Below, piece after piece: positions 19,401 to 29,000 of a stretch of 64,000 bases of DNA (the stretch's first letter is position 1; each line of letters starts with the position of its first letter). The stretch comes from a virus. Taxonomy: Duplodnaviria > Caudoviricetes. The translations under genes and the position numbers were made by a program. The stretch spans positions 1 through 64,000 of the IMG/VR virus record IMGVR_UViG_3300021958_000042. One strand, 5' to 3'. A model generated the notes under the pieces. The model had not been told where the DNA came from. It made no database searches and saw nothing but the letters and a program-made list of their open reading frames with translations.

Positions 19401-22382
19401 ATAAAGATTAGACCCTTCTGATAAATCTGTAGTAGATTTAGTTCCAATCCAAACATCTGCCGTTGTATTGAAATCTGCTGTAGCAAGCTTGGTTCCAATT
19501 AGGTTAGTAATTGTAGTACTAAAATTTGGATCGTCATTTAGTGCAGCTGCAAGCTCATTGAGAGTATCAAGAGTTGTTGGTGCAGTATCAATTAAATTAG
19601 ATACCGCATTATCAACATATGTTTCGGTTGCAAATCCATTAGTTGATAGATATGAGGAAACTCTTGCGTCTGTGTAATATAGATTGGTTCCTTCTGTCAA
19701 ATCCGTTGTAGATTTATTGGCAAAGTCTGTATCAAAATCAGAACCAGAATATGTTACTATAGAGTTTATTTGAGTTTGAAGTGCAATATCTCCCTGCTCT
19801 CTGTCATAAATTTCATCATCTAAATCAGATTGTACAGAACCTATCTGTGCAGCAACTTGCTGTGTTACTGTAGATACAGTTGCATAATTATTATTAGTTA
19901 AATATGTCTGTACTCTAGCATCTGTGTAGTACAGATTGATGGAACCCTCAGATAAATCATCCGTATCTGATGATGCTAATCCTTGTGTAGAAATAACACC
20001 AGTTGCAGAATCATATGTTAAATCTCCAGTAACAGAAATAGCTCCACGAACTCTAGTGTCTGTATAGTATAGGTTTGTGCCTTCTGCAAGATCTGTAGTA
20101 GATTTTGTAGCAAGTCTGGTGTCAAATGCAGAGTTGACTCTTGCGTCTGTATAATATAGATTTGTAGAACCCTCTGAAAGATCATCCGTATCTTTGTTGC
20201 TTAAATCTAGATTAGAACCAGATTGTAATGCAATTCTAGCATCTACTCTAGACTCTGTATAGTATAGATTGGAACCTTCAGTAAGATCAGTTGTTGATTT
20301 AGTTCCAATCCAAGTATCAGCAGTTGTATTAAAATCGGCTGTTGCTAGTTTAGTACCAATTAAGTTGGTGATTGTTGTACTGAAGTTTGGATCATCTCCC
20401 AACGCAGCTGCTAATTCGTTAAGAGTATCAAGAGTTGTTGGGGCAGTATCGACGAGATTTGCAACAGCAGTATCTACATAAGTTTCTGTTGCGAATGTTT
20501 CTGTTGAACCGCCCCCAATAGGAGTAACTTCTAACGCTCCCCCATTATCAGTTAATTCAATGGTTCCAAGAGTAATACTGCTACCACTTAAATATAAATC
20601 ACGAAATTTATTAGTTGAGCTACCTAAATCATATGTAATATCTGTATCTGGTATAATATGTCCAGAAACACTACCAAGTTTTGTTTGTACTCTAGCATCA
20701 GTATAGTAAAGATTGGAGCCTTCTGCCAAATCACCAGTATCTTTTGTTGCTATATTTGCATCAACTCTTGCTTCTGTATAGTATAGGTTAATAGAACCTT
20801 CGGAAAGTTCGTCCGTATCCTTAGAGCTTAAATCTAAATTGGAACCTGATTGCAATGCAATTCTTGCATCTGTTCTAGCATCTGTATAATAAAGATTAGA
20901 CCCTTCTGTAACCTGTGTAGTATTTGCAGGAATACTGAATGTTCCAGTGGCGCTATCATATCCTGCTGGGCCTGTTGTAGCACTAATTGCGGCTCTTACT
21001 CTTGTATCCGTGTAATAAAGATTTGTACCCTCAGTCAAATCTGTTGTAGATTTTCCGGCGAAATCTGTATCAAAATCAGAAGATGAATATGTTACGATAG
21101 AATCTATCTGAGATTGAAGATTTATATCAGCCTGTTCTCTGTCATAAATCTCATCATCCAAATCTGACTGTAGAGAACCAATCTGTGCTGCAACCTGTTG
21201 TGTTACTGTAGATACAGTTGCATAATTATTATTAGTTAAATATGTCTGTACTCTAGCATCAGTATAGTAAAGATTAGAACCTTCCGCCAAATCACCAGTA
21301 TCTTTGGATGCGATATTCGCATCTACTCTGGCATCTGTGTAGTATAGGTTGGTAGAACCTTCAGATAGATCGTCAGTTGTATTATTTGCAAGATTGTCTT
21401 CTGTTGCTGATATAGTGAGAGTTCCAGCGATATCATCATATACCAATGAAACATTAGCACCAGCCTGAATTAAATTTGCAACTCTATCATCCACTCTTTC
21501 ATCAGTGAAATATAGGTTTGTGCCTTCTGTAAGATCTGTAGTAGTTTTATTGCTTAAATCTAAGTTAGAACCAGATTGTAATGCAATTCTTGCATCTGTT
21601 CTGGCGTCTGTGTAATAAAGATTTGTTGAACCTTCTGGTATGGCGTCTGTTGACCTTGAAGCCAAAAATGTATTCACAGCACCTTCAACAATATCATCAG
21701 AGTCGAATTCTGTGAAATTGATTGCAATATCTAAAAGATTTCCAGCATCATCATAGTTTTTGGTTATACCTACACCATCAACAATTAAATCTGCAACTCT
21801 ATCGTCTACTCTTTCATCTGTATAGTAAAGATTATTAGAACCTTCTACAATTCCATCAGATGTGCCAGAGATACCAAAATTGCCAATATATCTAGCACCA
21901 ACTACATATATTTTATTTCCATTAATTCCGCTAGGAAGATTATCTCCAATGAAGTTTAGAACACCTGATTGATAATCGAAAAACCATTCGTCATTGTTTC
22001 CAGAACCTGCTGCAAATAATTGCGTACCTGTAGACTGCGGATTGGCAGCTCCTGCGCTATCAATATAAACTTTTACTTGATATGTAGAGCCAAACTCTGG
22101 GGGGATCCAATCCGCAGCACCTGTTTTCCATGTTCTATTTGTAGAAGCAGTTAAGTCCGATGTTGTTTCAGTTGATGTTAATTCGACTTGAGATGTATTT
22201 GATGTAGGAATAGTTGCTGGGATATCTCCAGCTTCTGCCCACAACTTATCGCCCCTAATCAAAAGTGAACTAGGAATACTTTCGTTTGTGGCATTTTTGA
22301 TTGAGTTTATGTCAGTTTTAGTGACACCATAACCCAATTTTTTCCAAAGAAAGTCTAACTTTTGATTGTCGTTAATTGCCAT
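13470..22382 (-). CDS. Long tail fibre protein (2970 aa), highly modular and repetitive
   Basis: About 27 EG(S/T)NLY(Y/F)TxxR repeats; 4 TLDTLNELAAALxDDxNF motifs (P2/Mu-type fibre motif); 4 coiled-coil LDDEIYxREQ segments; 5 APxxPxxxxxWF(D/N) modules; one cupredoxin-like domain; C-terminal AGDKLFVDCSGGVVTVTLPASP...ITVARNG domain resembling T4 gp34/gp9-10-type repeats. Confidence 0.85.
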   Translation of the reverse strand: MAINDNQKLDFLWKKLGYGVTKTDINSIKNATNESIPSSLLIRGDKLWAEAGDIPATIPTSNTSQVELTSTETTSDLTASTNRTWKTGAADWIPPEFGSTYQVKVYIDSAGAANPQSTGTQLFAAGSGNNDEWFFDYQSGVLNFIGDNLPSGINGNKIYVVGARYIGNFGISGTSDGIVEGSNNLYYTDERVDDRVADLIVDGVGITKNYDDAGNLLDIAINFTEFDSDDIVEGAVNTFLASRSTDAIPEGSTNLYYTDARTDARIALQSGSNLDLSNKTTTDLTEGTNLYFTDERVDDRVANLIQAGANVSLVYDDIAGTLTISATEDNLANNTTDDLSEGSTNLYYTDARVDANIASKDTGDLAEGSNLYYTDARVQTYLTNNNYATVSTVTQQVAAQIGSLQSDLDDEIYDREQADINLQSQIDSIVTYSSSDFDTDFAGKSTTDLTEGTNLYYTDTRVRAAISATTGPAGYDSATGTFSIPANTTQVTEGSNLYYTDARTDARIALQSGSNLDLSSKDTDELSEGSINLYYTEARVDANIATKDTGDLAEGSNLYYTDARVQTKLGSVSGHIIPDTDITYDLGSSTNKFRDLYLSGSSITLGTIELTDNGGALEVTPIGGGSTETFATETYVDTAVANLVDTAPTTLDTLNELAAALGDDPNFSTTITNLIGTKLATADFNTTADTWIGTKSTTDLTEGSNLYYTESRVDARIALQSGSNLDLSNKDTDDLSEGSTNLYYTDARVNSAFDTRLATKSTTDLAEGTNLYYTDTRVRGAISVTGDLTYDSATGVISTQGLASSDTDDLSEGSINLYYTDARVQTYLTNNNYATVSTVTQQVAAQIGSVQSDLDDEIYDREQGDIALQTQINSIVTYSGSDFDTDFANKSTTDLTEGTNLYYTDARVSSYLSTNGFATETYVDNAVSNLIDTAPTTLDTLNELAAALNDDPNFSTTITNLIGTKLATADFNTTADVWIGTKSTTDLSEGSNLYYTDARTDARIALQSGSNLDLSNKDTDDLSEGSTNLYYTDSRADARVNLQTGTNLDLSNKSTTNLAEGTNLYYTDARVDARISSAGLYTSSDFNTDFSVKSTTDLTEGTNLYYTDARVAAYIATTSLATTTYVNSQIAIVNSNLDDEIYNREQADISLQTQINAISSYTTSDFNTDFATKDTDDLSEGSTNLYYTDARVDARITAAGSVTQSDIDSAISALIDSAPGTLDTLNELAAALGDDANFSTTITNSIATKLAISDFNTTADTWLTGKSTSNISEGTNLYYTDARVDARITASNPYTSADFNTDFSGKSTTDLAEGTNLYYTQARFDSSLSTKSTTDLAEGNNLYYTDARVDARITNAGLFDGDYNSLTNLPTLFDGQFSSLTGKPTTLAGYGITDGVSTSNVNAIVTQQVAAQTGAIQSDLDDEIYDREQADIGLQNQINGLSTYTSIDFNTDFATKSTTDLVEGTNLYYTDSRVASYLSNQGITSETTTTLGIAGNILTYTDEDGNATNIDLSLYLDDTNLARLTSGSLAANGIATFTRDDASTFTVDFSQFFDDTNLSRVDTATFSNGTLTLTRDDSSTAASVNLDGRYLQNFVAQTTDDLSEGSTNLYYTDARVRDQLYSTVSVTTSSGNFYIDGEQQGIVTLQPGRTYRFDQSDASNNSHPLRFSEVSDGTHAGGGATEYTTGVTVNGTAGNAGAYVEFVVTNATPRLYYYCANHSGMGGKVSVGKEMFVERITSDTWITGPIQTTTLNVDTGGSINAALGTIDFSNSTVIFSGATVNGLSNSDVGLANIADNAQGVVVNGKVAAGSLDLGTGGSINAQLTTLDFRDTTVNFSGANVGGLGDTIQDEVDFHLNKNNSGGTTIISDGEILSWNATGGLQGTGDYEWIAQSGGGASVTTSSTAPTSPNDGDLWFDTDELKTYVYYNDGTSSQWVQSNPTGAIGGGGTSIEISDVAPTSPSAGDLWFDSDALKTFIYYDDGSGAQWIESSGGGSSIADTDALFEGSSNLYYTDARVDTHLNVSSATNGQTLIWNGTDYSWGTPAPGYTSSDFDTDFATKSTTDVAEGTNLYYTDARVQTKLGDVSGHIIPDTDVAYDLGSSTNKFRDLYLSGNSIILGGITLTESSGSLLVTPTAGGSNNTFATETFVNTAIANLVDTAPTTLDTLNELAAALGDDANFSVTITNSIATKLALSGGTMSGNIDMANNELLNVNYITFADPGPNEGLRWTGGNIEIFESPDDLTTNTAGNLQVTYSGTRRLSVSNTGIDVNGNITIPANATLSAGSSNKINIGNSSLDNVNKIFIADPGPNEGIEWLGGNAWQIYESPDDLVTNSGGNLQFVSGSPTSGIAPVRRMTLDVAGNLNLLTGSFIGNLAGNADTATTVSDISNHNTDDLSEGSTNLYYTESRVDARVAYAATGALSVTYTPKPIYAILKLTSNEGFSGTTWSKLDNFTTVSTDNSPSQAISDATNSRMIIPAGVEKVRLSAGARINDVAGQTMIQIYHYDSNNNQLTDSADTSVGYNEIDSAGNDTVNTVTPILEVNQGDYFEVWVYGQDAGSAIVNRTTYFEMEVVEGSMLNTTVASTIELDHLSDVDTSTVAPTDGQALIWDNGNGEWKPGNVDVTSSDLDMGGNKVLFANMYATEGDLPSATTYHGMFAHVHSTGAGYFAHAGSWVKLANYSDIPSVYTDSAVDTHINTSTATANQVLSWNGTDYVWIAQSSGGGGGGASVSVSDTAPTSPSEGDLWFNSSNTKMYVYFNDGTSSQWIQSNPSGASTPITAADTAPSNPVENSMWFDSTDGTLYFRYNDGTSEQWVNLIGATSSGGSGGSSVTVSDSAPTSPTEGDMWFDSRYAVLLVYYGTQWVNVSGESGSSTTPSWQETTNHTASAGDKLFVDCSGGVVTVTLPASPSMGDEIRIIDATGNASTNNITVARNGNNIQGVADNLTIDTDRAAFGLVYYNSTQGWLLMER

Positions 22383-25300
22383 GACTTCCCCTATGACACA
22401 CTAAGTGTTGTTACTGATTGCCCCGCATCTAATGCAATTCTAACAAGCGCCACATTGCTAGTAGCATTTGTTAGGTTTTCAGTTCCAAGGGTCATGGTAT
22501 AATTACCACTCAGAGAAGTATTTGATGTTATTCTATCCGAACCAGTTGAAGCACATCCATCACTTCCGTTTCCACCGCTTCCAGTATTTCCGCCAGGCAC
22601 ACCAGCCCCAGCATACTGAACTCCACAATTTAACCACCCATTTATAGAACTAGAATTGTCTATAGAAGTTCCTGGCGCGGCAATCCAAACGCCTGCAACA
22701 CCAGAGGCACTTGTTATATTTATATTGAAGTTTGCTGTGACAGTTCGCCTGAATGCAAAGGTAAAATATTGCGTTCCTGTGTCTCCAGAACGATCTGGGC
22801 CTGTTGGTAAATATCCAGTACTATAGTCATTTACATTGTGTTCTATTCTACCAATTCTCAATGTTGCTTCTTTAGTTCCAGCCACTCCCAGATCACTAGA
22901 TTCTGTATATGGGTTATTTGTATAGAAATTAGTAGAACCATTGAAAGATGGATTATTTATTGTTTCTGAACTAAAATCAAATATACGAACACCATCATCA
23001 TTAAATCCCGAACCAAGAGAAGAAGATACATCTATAGAAGTTTCTGAAATTCCGCTCTGCGCAGCAGTATGCACTTGTATTGCTGTGGTATTTTGAGACA
23101 TACTTCCACTTCCGTTTACATTATTTGCTATTACTCCAATTCGTTCAATAGTTCTTACACTAGAACTAGTGATACTAACATTTAGGTCTCCTAATGTATA
23201 TGGAGTACCATTTCCAGTATTTGCATTTGGTATTCCGCCAGTTAAGAAAGTAGGTGAACCATCGATTTCAGAATAGTTATAGTTTTGGGTTGAAATTGCA
23301 GAACTACTTGTTCCTTCTTGATTTGTTCCACTACTTATAGTCACGACACTTGAAGTATTTCTATAAGTTTGGCCAATAAAATTATCAACAGTAATACCGC
23401 TCCAAATTAAAGAAGAACCTGAAGTATAATAAGGAATTCCTGAAATATATCTATAATTGCCCACATTCTCTGTTATTGTACCAGATGTTGTGGTAGGAGT
23501 CGATGTCAAATCATCTTTTACAAATTGTACTAGATTTGTGTCTCCAGTATCCGAATGTGAAAGTTTAAAGGAGTTTACACCCACACTGACAGCAGCTGCA
23601 GTCTTTTCAACGTGGGCCCTAAAACCTTTATATAAATCTGGATGATATATACTAGAAGAGAAAGAAGTGGAAGACCCAGAAGAATTTAGTAAATTGTAAT
23701 CACTTTCTGCGTCTATGACAAGACTAGTGTATGTTCCTTGCTGTCCACCAGTTGTCAAAGTAACAACCCCATCTACACTACCGTTGACAATCGCAGAAAG
23801 TGTTCCAGAATCTGCATTATATGCATATGTAGAGAATGTAGTTGTTTCTATTGTACCAGATGTTTTTGTAGTTCTGTCCACATCTTGTCCGCCAGATAAT
23901 GAAGTTCCGCCAGAATTGTCAGTAAATCCTGCAGCCAATCTTGGCGATGTTCCTGTATCTCCAGTAAAACTGATAGATTTTGAGCTCAGCCCAGCTGGCG
24001 CTGATATATTAGGATCATATACCTTGAGTGTAGAAGTAACATCATCAGGAATTACAGCAGGGTTTGCTGTGCTGTGAGAATCTAGAGTTAGTCTTAAAGT
24101 ATCTCTGCCAGTTCCAGTGTCTGTATTTGCACCCCATGTATGTTGAAGTCTTGTTCCCGATACACCGCCCGCTGCGCTATCAGATGCAATAGTGTCATTT
24201 GCTGTTCCATCACCCCAATTCATATTGTAAGTGACATCTGCCATAGTCGTATTTGTTGTTAAATTTTGAAGATATAGACTATCTCCTTCAATAACATATA
24301 AATCATTTCCACTGAGGGATGATCCACCAGTTGCATTTCTATAGAGTGCGAACGCGGCGTTAGGGTCGGCTGTATATATGATGATGTAATCTGTGTTAGT
24401 TGCACTTGCCTCGCTCCCAGCACCAGACCCTGAGTTATTATATGCTCTTACAGTGACGGTGTATGGACTTCCACTATTACTTGTATATGTATGACTTGGA
24501 GTCGAATCTGTTGTACCGTTTGTATTTGAACCATCACCCCAATCAATGTCATATCTATTTGGAGAACCATCTACATTTAATGATAGTGTTACTGTAGTTC
24601 CTTCACCACCAGCTGTTGGAGAGCCAGTAAAGGAAACACTTCTAACAAAAACACCTATTCTAATATTATTTAATGCTTCATTTAATTCGTCAATTGCATC
24701 TGCAGTTTTATCAGTAGATTCTAGGACAATCGCACCATCGCTTAAACTGCCGTCAGTGGCAGTTCCAAGTTCTATATCAGACGCTTTTTTATTATTAAAT
24801 GCATTATCAAAATCTGATTGACTAAATGTTACGCCGGGCACAAAATTAGTACCATCCCATACTAATGCATCTCCATTGTTTGGTGCAGCAGTTGTTGTAT
24901 CTACATCCGAAAGATCATCTACGACTGCAGCTGCAATTCTCGCATCTGCTCTTGCATTTGTATAATAAAGATTGGTGGTTCCTTCTGCAATATCATCCGT
25001 AGTTCTATTTGCAAGGAAAGTATTTACCGTACCCTCTACAATATCATCTGAATCGAATTCAGCAAAATTGATTGCAATATCTAAAAGATTTCCAGCATCA
25101 TCATAATTTTTGGTGATACCAACACCATCTTGAATGAGAGCTGCAACTCTATCATCTACTCGCTCAGCGGTGAAAAATAAATTAGTGGAACCTTCATTAA
25201 TAGTATCGCTATCACCCTGAGTGAAGCTGAATACGCCAGTAGCACTATCGTAGTTTATACTACCAGTAGCGCTTACCGCATTTCTAACTCTTGTATCTGT

Positions 25301-25760
25301 GTAATATAAATTATTCGAACCTTCTGATATGTCATCAGTAGTTCTTGATGCTAAAAATGTGTTAACAGAACCTTCAACGATATCGTCGGTATCAAACTCG
25401 GCAAAATTGATTGAAATATCTAAAAGATTTCCAGCATCATCGTAGTTTTTAGTAATCCCTACGCCATCTTGAATTAACGCGGCAACTCTATCATCTACTC
25501 TTTCATTTGTATAATAGAGATTTGTTCCCTCTGGAATATCTGTAGTTGTTCTACTTGCAAGGAAAGTATTAACTGCGCCTTCGACAATATCATCAGAGTC
25601 GAATTCGCTAAAATCTATAGAAATTGTTAGGAGATTACCAGCATCGTCATATACTTTGTTGATACCAGTTCCATCAACAAATAAAGATGCAACTCTATCA
25701 TCCACCCTTTCAGATGTAAAGTATAAATTAGAAGTGCCTTCGGGGATTTGATCAGTATCT
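13470..25760 (-). repeat. Dispersed ~16-aa fibre repeat (TDDLxEGSTNLYYTDARV) and longer YDDAGNLL...EFDSDDIVEG blocks shared by two adjacent genes
   Basis: About 27 copies counted in 13470..22382 and 5 in 22391..25957. The YDDAGNLL block occurs three times in the latter and once in the former. An exact 62-nt direct repeat lies at 19861..19922 and 21199..21260. Confidence 0.9.
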
Positions 25761-25957
25761 GGTTTGTTGAGAAGGTCAGCCCAACTACCAGATTCGGCAA
25801 TGTCTGCAAGACCAAGATTTGTTCTTGCACCTTGTGCGGTTGTTGCACCTGTACCGCCGTGTAGTAGTCCTAAAGTTTCTCCTGTTAAAAATTCACTTAA
25901 ACCAGTAGTGTCTCCAGAACCATCTACAACAACTCTTATTGGAATTACATTAGACAT
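22391..25957 (-). CDS. Virion structural / fibre-associated protein with NLYYT repeats and two PKD-like domains
   Basis: N-terminal third repeats the long-fibre motifs. RYDIDWGDGS and YNMNWGDGT are PKD signatures. The S/T/G-rich C-terminal domain contains TQYFTFAFRR. Confidence 0.75.
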   Translation of the reverse strand: MSNVIPIRVVVDGSGDTTGLSEFLTGETLGLLHGGTGATTAQGARTNLGLADIAESGSWADLLNKPDTDQIPEGTSNLYFTSERVDDRVASLFVDGTGINKVYDDAGNLLTISIDFSEFDSDDIVEGAVNTFLASRTTTDIPEGTNLYYTNERVDDRVAALIQDGVGITKNYDDAGNLLDISINFAEFDTDDIVEGSVNTFLASRTTDDISEGSNNLYYTDTRVRNAVSATGSINYDSATGVFSFTQGDSDTINEGSTNLFFTAERVDDRVAALIQDGVGITKNYDDAGNLLDIAINFAEFDSDDIVEGTVNTFLANRTTDDIAEGTTNLYYTNARADARIAAAVVDDLSDVDTTTAAPNNGDALVWDGTNFVPGVTFSQSDFDNAFNNKKASDIELGTATDGSLSDGAIVLESTDKTADAIDELNEALNNIRIGVFVRSVSFTGSPTAGGEGTTVTLSLNVDGSPNRYDIDWGDGSNTNGTTDSTPSHTYTSNSGSPYTVTVRAYNNSGSGAGSEASATNTDYIIIYTADPNAAFALYRNATGGSSLSGNDLYVIEGDSLYLQNLTTNTTMADVTYNMNWGDGTANDTIASDSAAGGVSGTRLQHTWGANTDTGTGRDTLRLTLDSHSTANPAVIPDDVTSTLKVYDPNISAPAGLSSKSISFTGDTGTSPRLAAGFTDNSGGTSLSGGQDVDRTTKTSGTIETTTFSTYAYNADSGTLSAIVNGSVDGVVTLTTGGQQGTYTSLVIDAESDYNLLNSSGSSTSFSSSIYHPDLYKGFRAHVEKTAAAVSVGVNSFKLSHSDTGDTNLVQFVKDDLTSTPTTTSGTITENVGNYRYISGIPYYTSGSSLIWSGITVDNFIGQTYRNTSSVVTISSGTNQEGTSSSAISTQNYNYSEIDGSPTFLTGGIPNANTGNGTPYTLGDLNVSITSSSVRTIERIGVIANNVNGSGSMSQNTTAIQVHTAAQSGISETSIDVSSSLGSGFNDDGVRIFDFSSETINNPSFNGSTNFYTNNPYTESSDLGVAGTKEATLRIGRIEHNVNDYSTGYLPTGPDRSGDTGTQYFTFAFRRTVTANFNINITSASGVAGVWIAAPGTSIDNSSSINGWLNCGVQYAGAGVPGGNTGSGGNGSDGCASTGSDRITSNTSLSGNYTMTLGTENLTNATSNVALVRIALDAGQSVTTLSVS

Positions 25958-25975
25958 TAAAGAACCTCTTTTTAC

Positions 25976-25982
25976 TATTTAG
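25976..25982 (-). promoter_or_regulatory. Probable variant late promoter (CTAAATA)
   Basis: One mismatch to TATAAATA, ~19 nt upstream of the ATG at 25957, overlapping the foot of a hairpin. Confidence 0.4.
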
Positions 25983-26024
25983 GAAGACTTTAAGACCCCT
26001 TTTGATGGTCTGCAAAGTCTTCCT
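25981..26024. other. Intergenic inverted repeat / hairpin
   Basis: AGGAAGACTTT (25981-25991) pairs with AAAGTCTTCCT (26014-26024); inner stem AGACC/GGTCT with a 9-nt loop; no U-tract follows on the coding strand. Confidence 0.7.
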
Positions 26025-26037
26025 TAATAATTCACTA

Positions 26038-29000
26038 TTAAGAGGTAAGAAGAGATGTATCTACATCAGTTGTATTGATTCCGTTACCACCTACCAATTG
26101 TAGAATTCTCATTCCATTACCATTGGCTTGAGTACTCATCATACCTTTATATATTCTTCTTTTATCATTTGTTCCAGTAGAACTAAATCTATCACTTGAT
26201 ATGAGAGTATCTTGACCAACCGCTCCAGCTGCACAGAAAGATACAAGGTCTAATTCAGTTCCTGTATATAAGAACCTTTGAGTTCCTAATCTGTTTGGAA
26301 ATTGAATTACTAATTGTCCAGCATCATTTAAAGATAACTGTTCCAGTGGATTTAGAACTGCATGTGAATCGACTTCGTTAATACCAGCAAACACATGTCT
26401 ATCCCATGGTTTTAATACATCCTTTTCTCTCACAACAAATCTTCTAAATCTTCCTTGAATATCTAAATTCATTGCCTGTAGCTCTTCATCTTTTAATTCA
26501 TCAATTTTGAATTCTGTCAAATAATTTCCAGAAATATCATAAACTCCTTGATATGCTAAAGAAGCGGTTCTTTCAGTAGTTTTTGAATTGAAATATGGAG
26601 TAAAATCTGAGAACAATATTGGAGATTCTGACGATTGATATAGACAATGAATTGGTTGTTGATCAGAAGTAAAATCTGGAGCGCCAGTCGTTGCATCTAC
26701 ATGTCTTTGAACAACAAAGAATGCATTATCATCTGATTGATTTGTAGATGCCTGATCTTTTAGATACATTGCCATACCATGATCTGCTATTGTTATAGTA
26801 TATGCCATTGGATATTGACTTGCAATTGCTGGATTAGTTTTTCCAGTTCTTCTAAACCAACCCTTTTGCATTCTCAATTTACCATCATTGAATGGTGTAT
26901 CTGCAACAAGTTCAGACGAAGTTCCAGACAAAAAGCTTTCCTCATATCTATATTCATTATCTAATAGTATACCTTTCGTAAGCGTTATACTTACTGGTAT
27001 CGTTGGATTTGTAATTGTTGCCGAGTTTGTAAACGCAGTTGATAAACCAGTTTTGAGACCACCACCACTCTCATAATGGGCCTCTCCAACTCTTCCAGCA
27101 CGAATATTAAATCCGCTTTTAAGCTGCGAATCTAATTCAGCCCTATTGACAAACGGATTAATTAGATGAGTAACAGATTCTTGATATCCATTAAATTGAG
27201 TTCTAATTCCACCCAAAAATCCTGGCTCTCTCAAATTCCCAGCTTTGATTCCATCTCGGCCTTCTACTTGAGCAATGTTTCCATCCGAATTCAATTGAAA
27301 TTCAGTTGCAACATGAACATTAAGATATTCAAAATTATTTGTCGCAATTGCTGCATCTCCGCTTGAACTCGAAAGCTGTAAATGTGTAGTATTGATATAT
27401 GGAGATGTTTCATTAACTTCTATGCCCCTAGATACATTAAATCTCACTCTCCAAGGCTGGTCTCCGTTATTACCAGAAATTGGTAAAGTTCTATCAGTTT
27501 CAAATACAAGAGGACCCATACTACGATCAGTAATATATTCGAAAGATTCTATTTTGAGTTCTTTGCTAAAGGTAGAAAACTCACTCCAATGTGTCAATCC
27601 GCGATTTGCCAAACCGTGTGTCGTATTTGGATGTATTTGAGATGCATCTTGATCAAAAGAAATTTGCGGGCCCAAAGGTCTATCATCAGCAGATACTACT
27701 TGTTGATAATATGAAACAAAATATGATGTTGCATTGTTTTCATCCAACCCAGTAAAAACTGACCAAGTTCCATTTACTGGATTTGCAAATGTTCCCAAGT
27801 CTCTAGATAGAGGAAATTGTAAACGGACTGCCGAAACATCTGTTGTGACGCCAAGTTGAATTTCAGCCAGATCTAGATCCAATGGATCTGCAACTCCGGC
27901 ATTGCTTGCATCGATGAGAACATCTTCTGTGTAAAAATTAGAAACATCAGCAACAAATGCTGCTCTTGCTGGAAGGTCTGCAACTAAGAAACCGTTCAAT
28001 CCATATTCTGCAGAAGTTGTATCTCCGATATTAACAGTAGTTGCTGTAAATGCCGAAGAATCTGTGCCTAAGAACCCATGAGTTTTTGATGTATCAGAAA
28101 TTTTCATATAAGCAGTAGAGTTTCTATTATATTTAAGTGAAATGTAATTAGAACCAGCAACAACAGTCATATATGAGTTTATATAAGAATTTCCTCTCAA
28201 TGCATTTGCAATATTTTCGGATAATTGCGCAGCATTTAAATTTTTAGGAGATGTATATGAAACTGTAACATTTTTTACTGCTGCGGTATTTGTCAATTTA
28301 TCTGCAGCTGCTTCGTCAATAACTCCAGTTAAGGTGATTTCAAACGTATCGGCAATATTTGATCCGTCTAAACCACGAATTTGAACTTCATGTACATATC
28401 CATTTGTATATGTGCTTCCAGTTATTTCTGTAGAACCGTCTGTTACTGTAGATGATGCGGTTGCTTGGGGAACAGTAAATATTGTTGGAGTATTTGAAAA
28501 AGAGGTTGTTGGTCTTTCAGTTCTTGTAACAGTACAAGTAAGATTGTGACCTATTTCCCTAGATTCAAATTCAAGTACTCCTACTCTATCTGGGTCTAAA
28601 ACGACTTCAAATAATCCACCTTTAGGATCTGCAATATTAGTTTTCACCAATTCATCCAACACAGTTCTCGTAAATCCTTCAACTGAAGAATCGTTGCCAA
28701 CTGTTACTGGAACTTGATATGTAACATTAGGAGCAGGAGATATTGAAGAATGAACAAATGAAAATGTGTAAATGTCTCCAATTTGGAAATTATTTTCTGT
28801 AAACGCCTGATCGAACCCAATCAAGAGTTCTCCTTTGTATTTTGATGGTTCAACAGTTCCTGATGGAAAAAAGAATTGATCTTTTAGATTTGAAATCCAA
28901 AAAGCATGCTTTACAGCTCCATCTGGCTGGACATCTCTTTTATAATGTCTCAATTCTGCTTTTGTATTGACACCGCTTTCGGCGGCAGGTAAAAAAGAGA

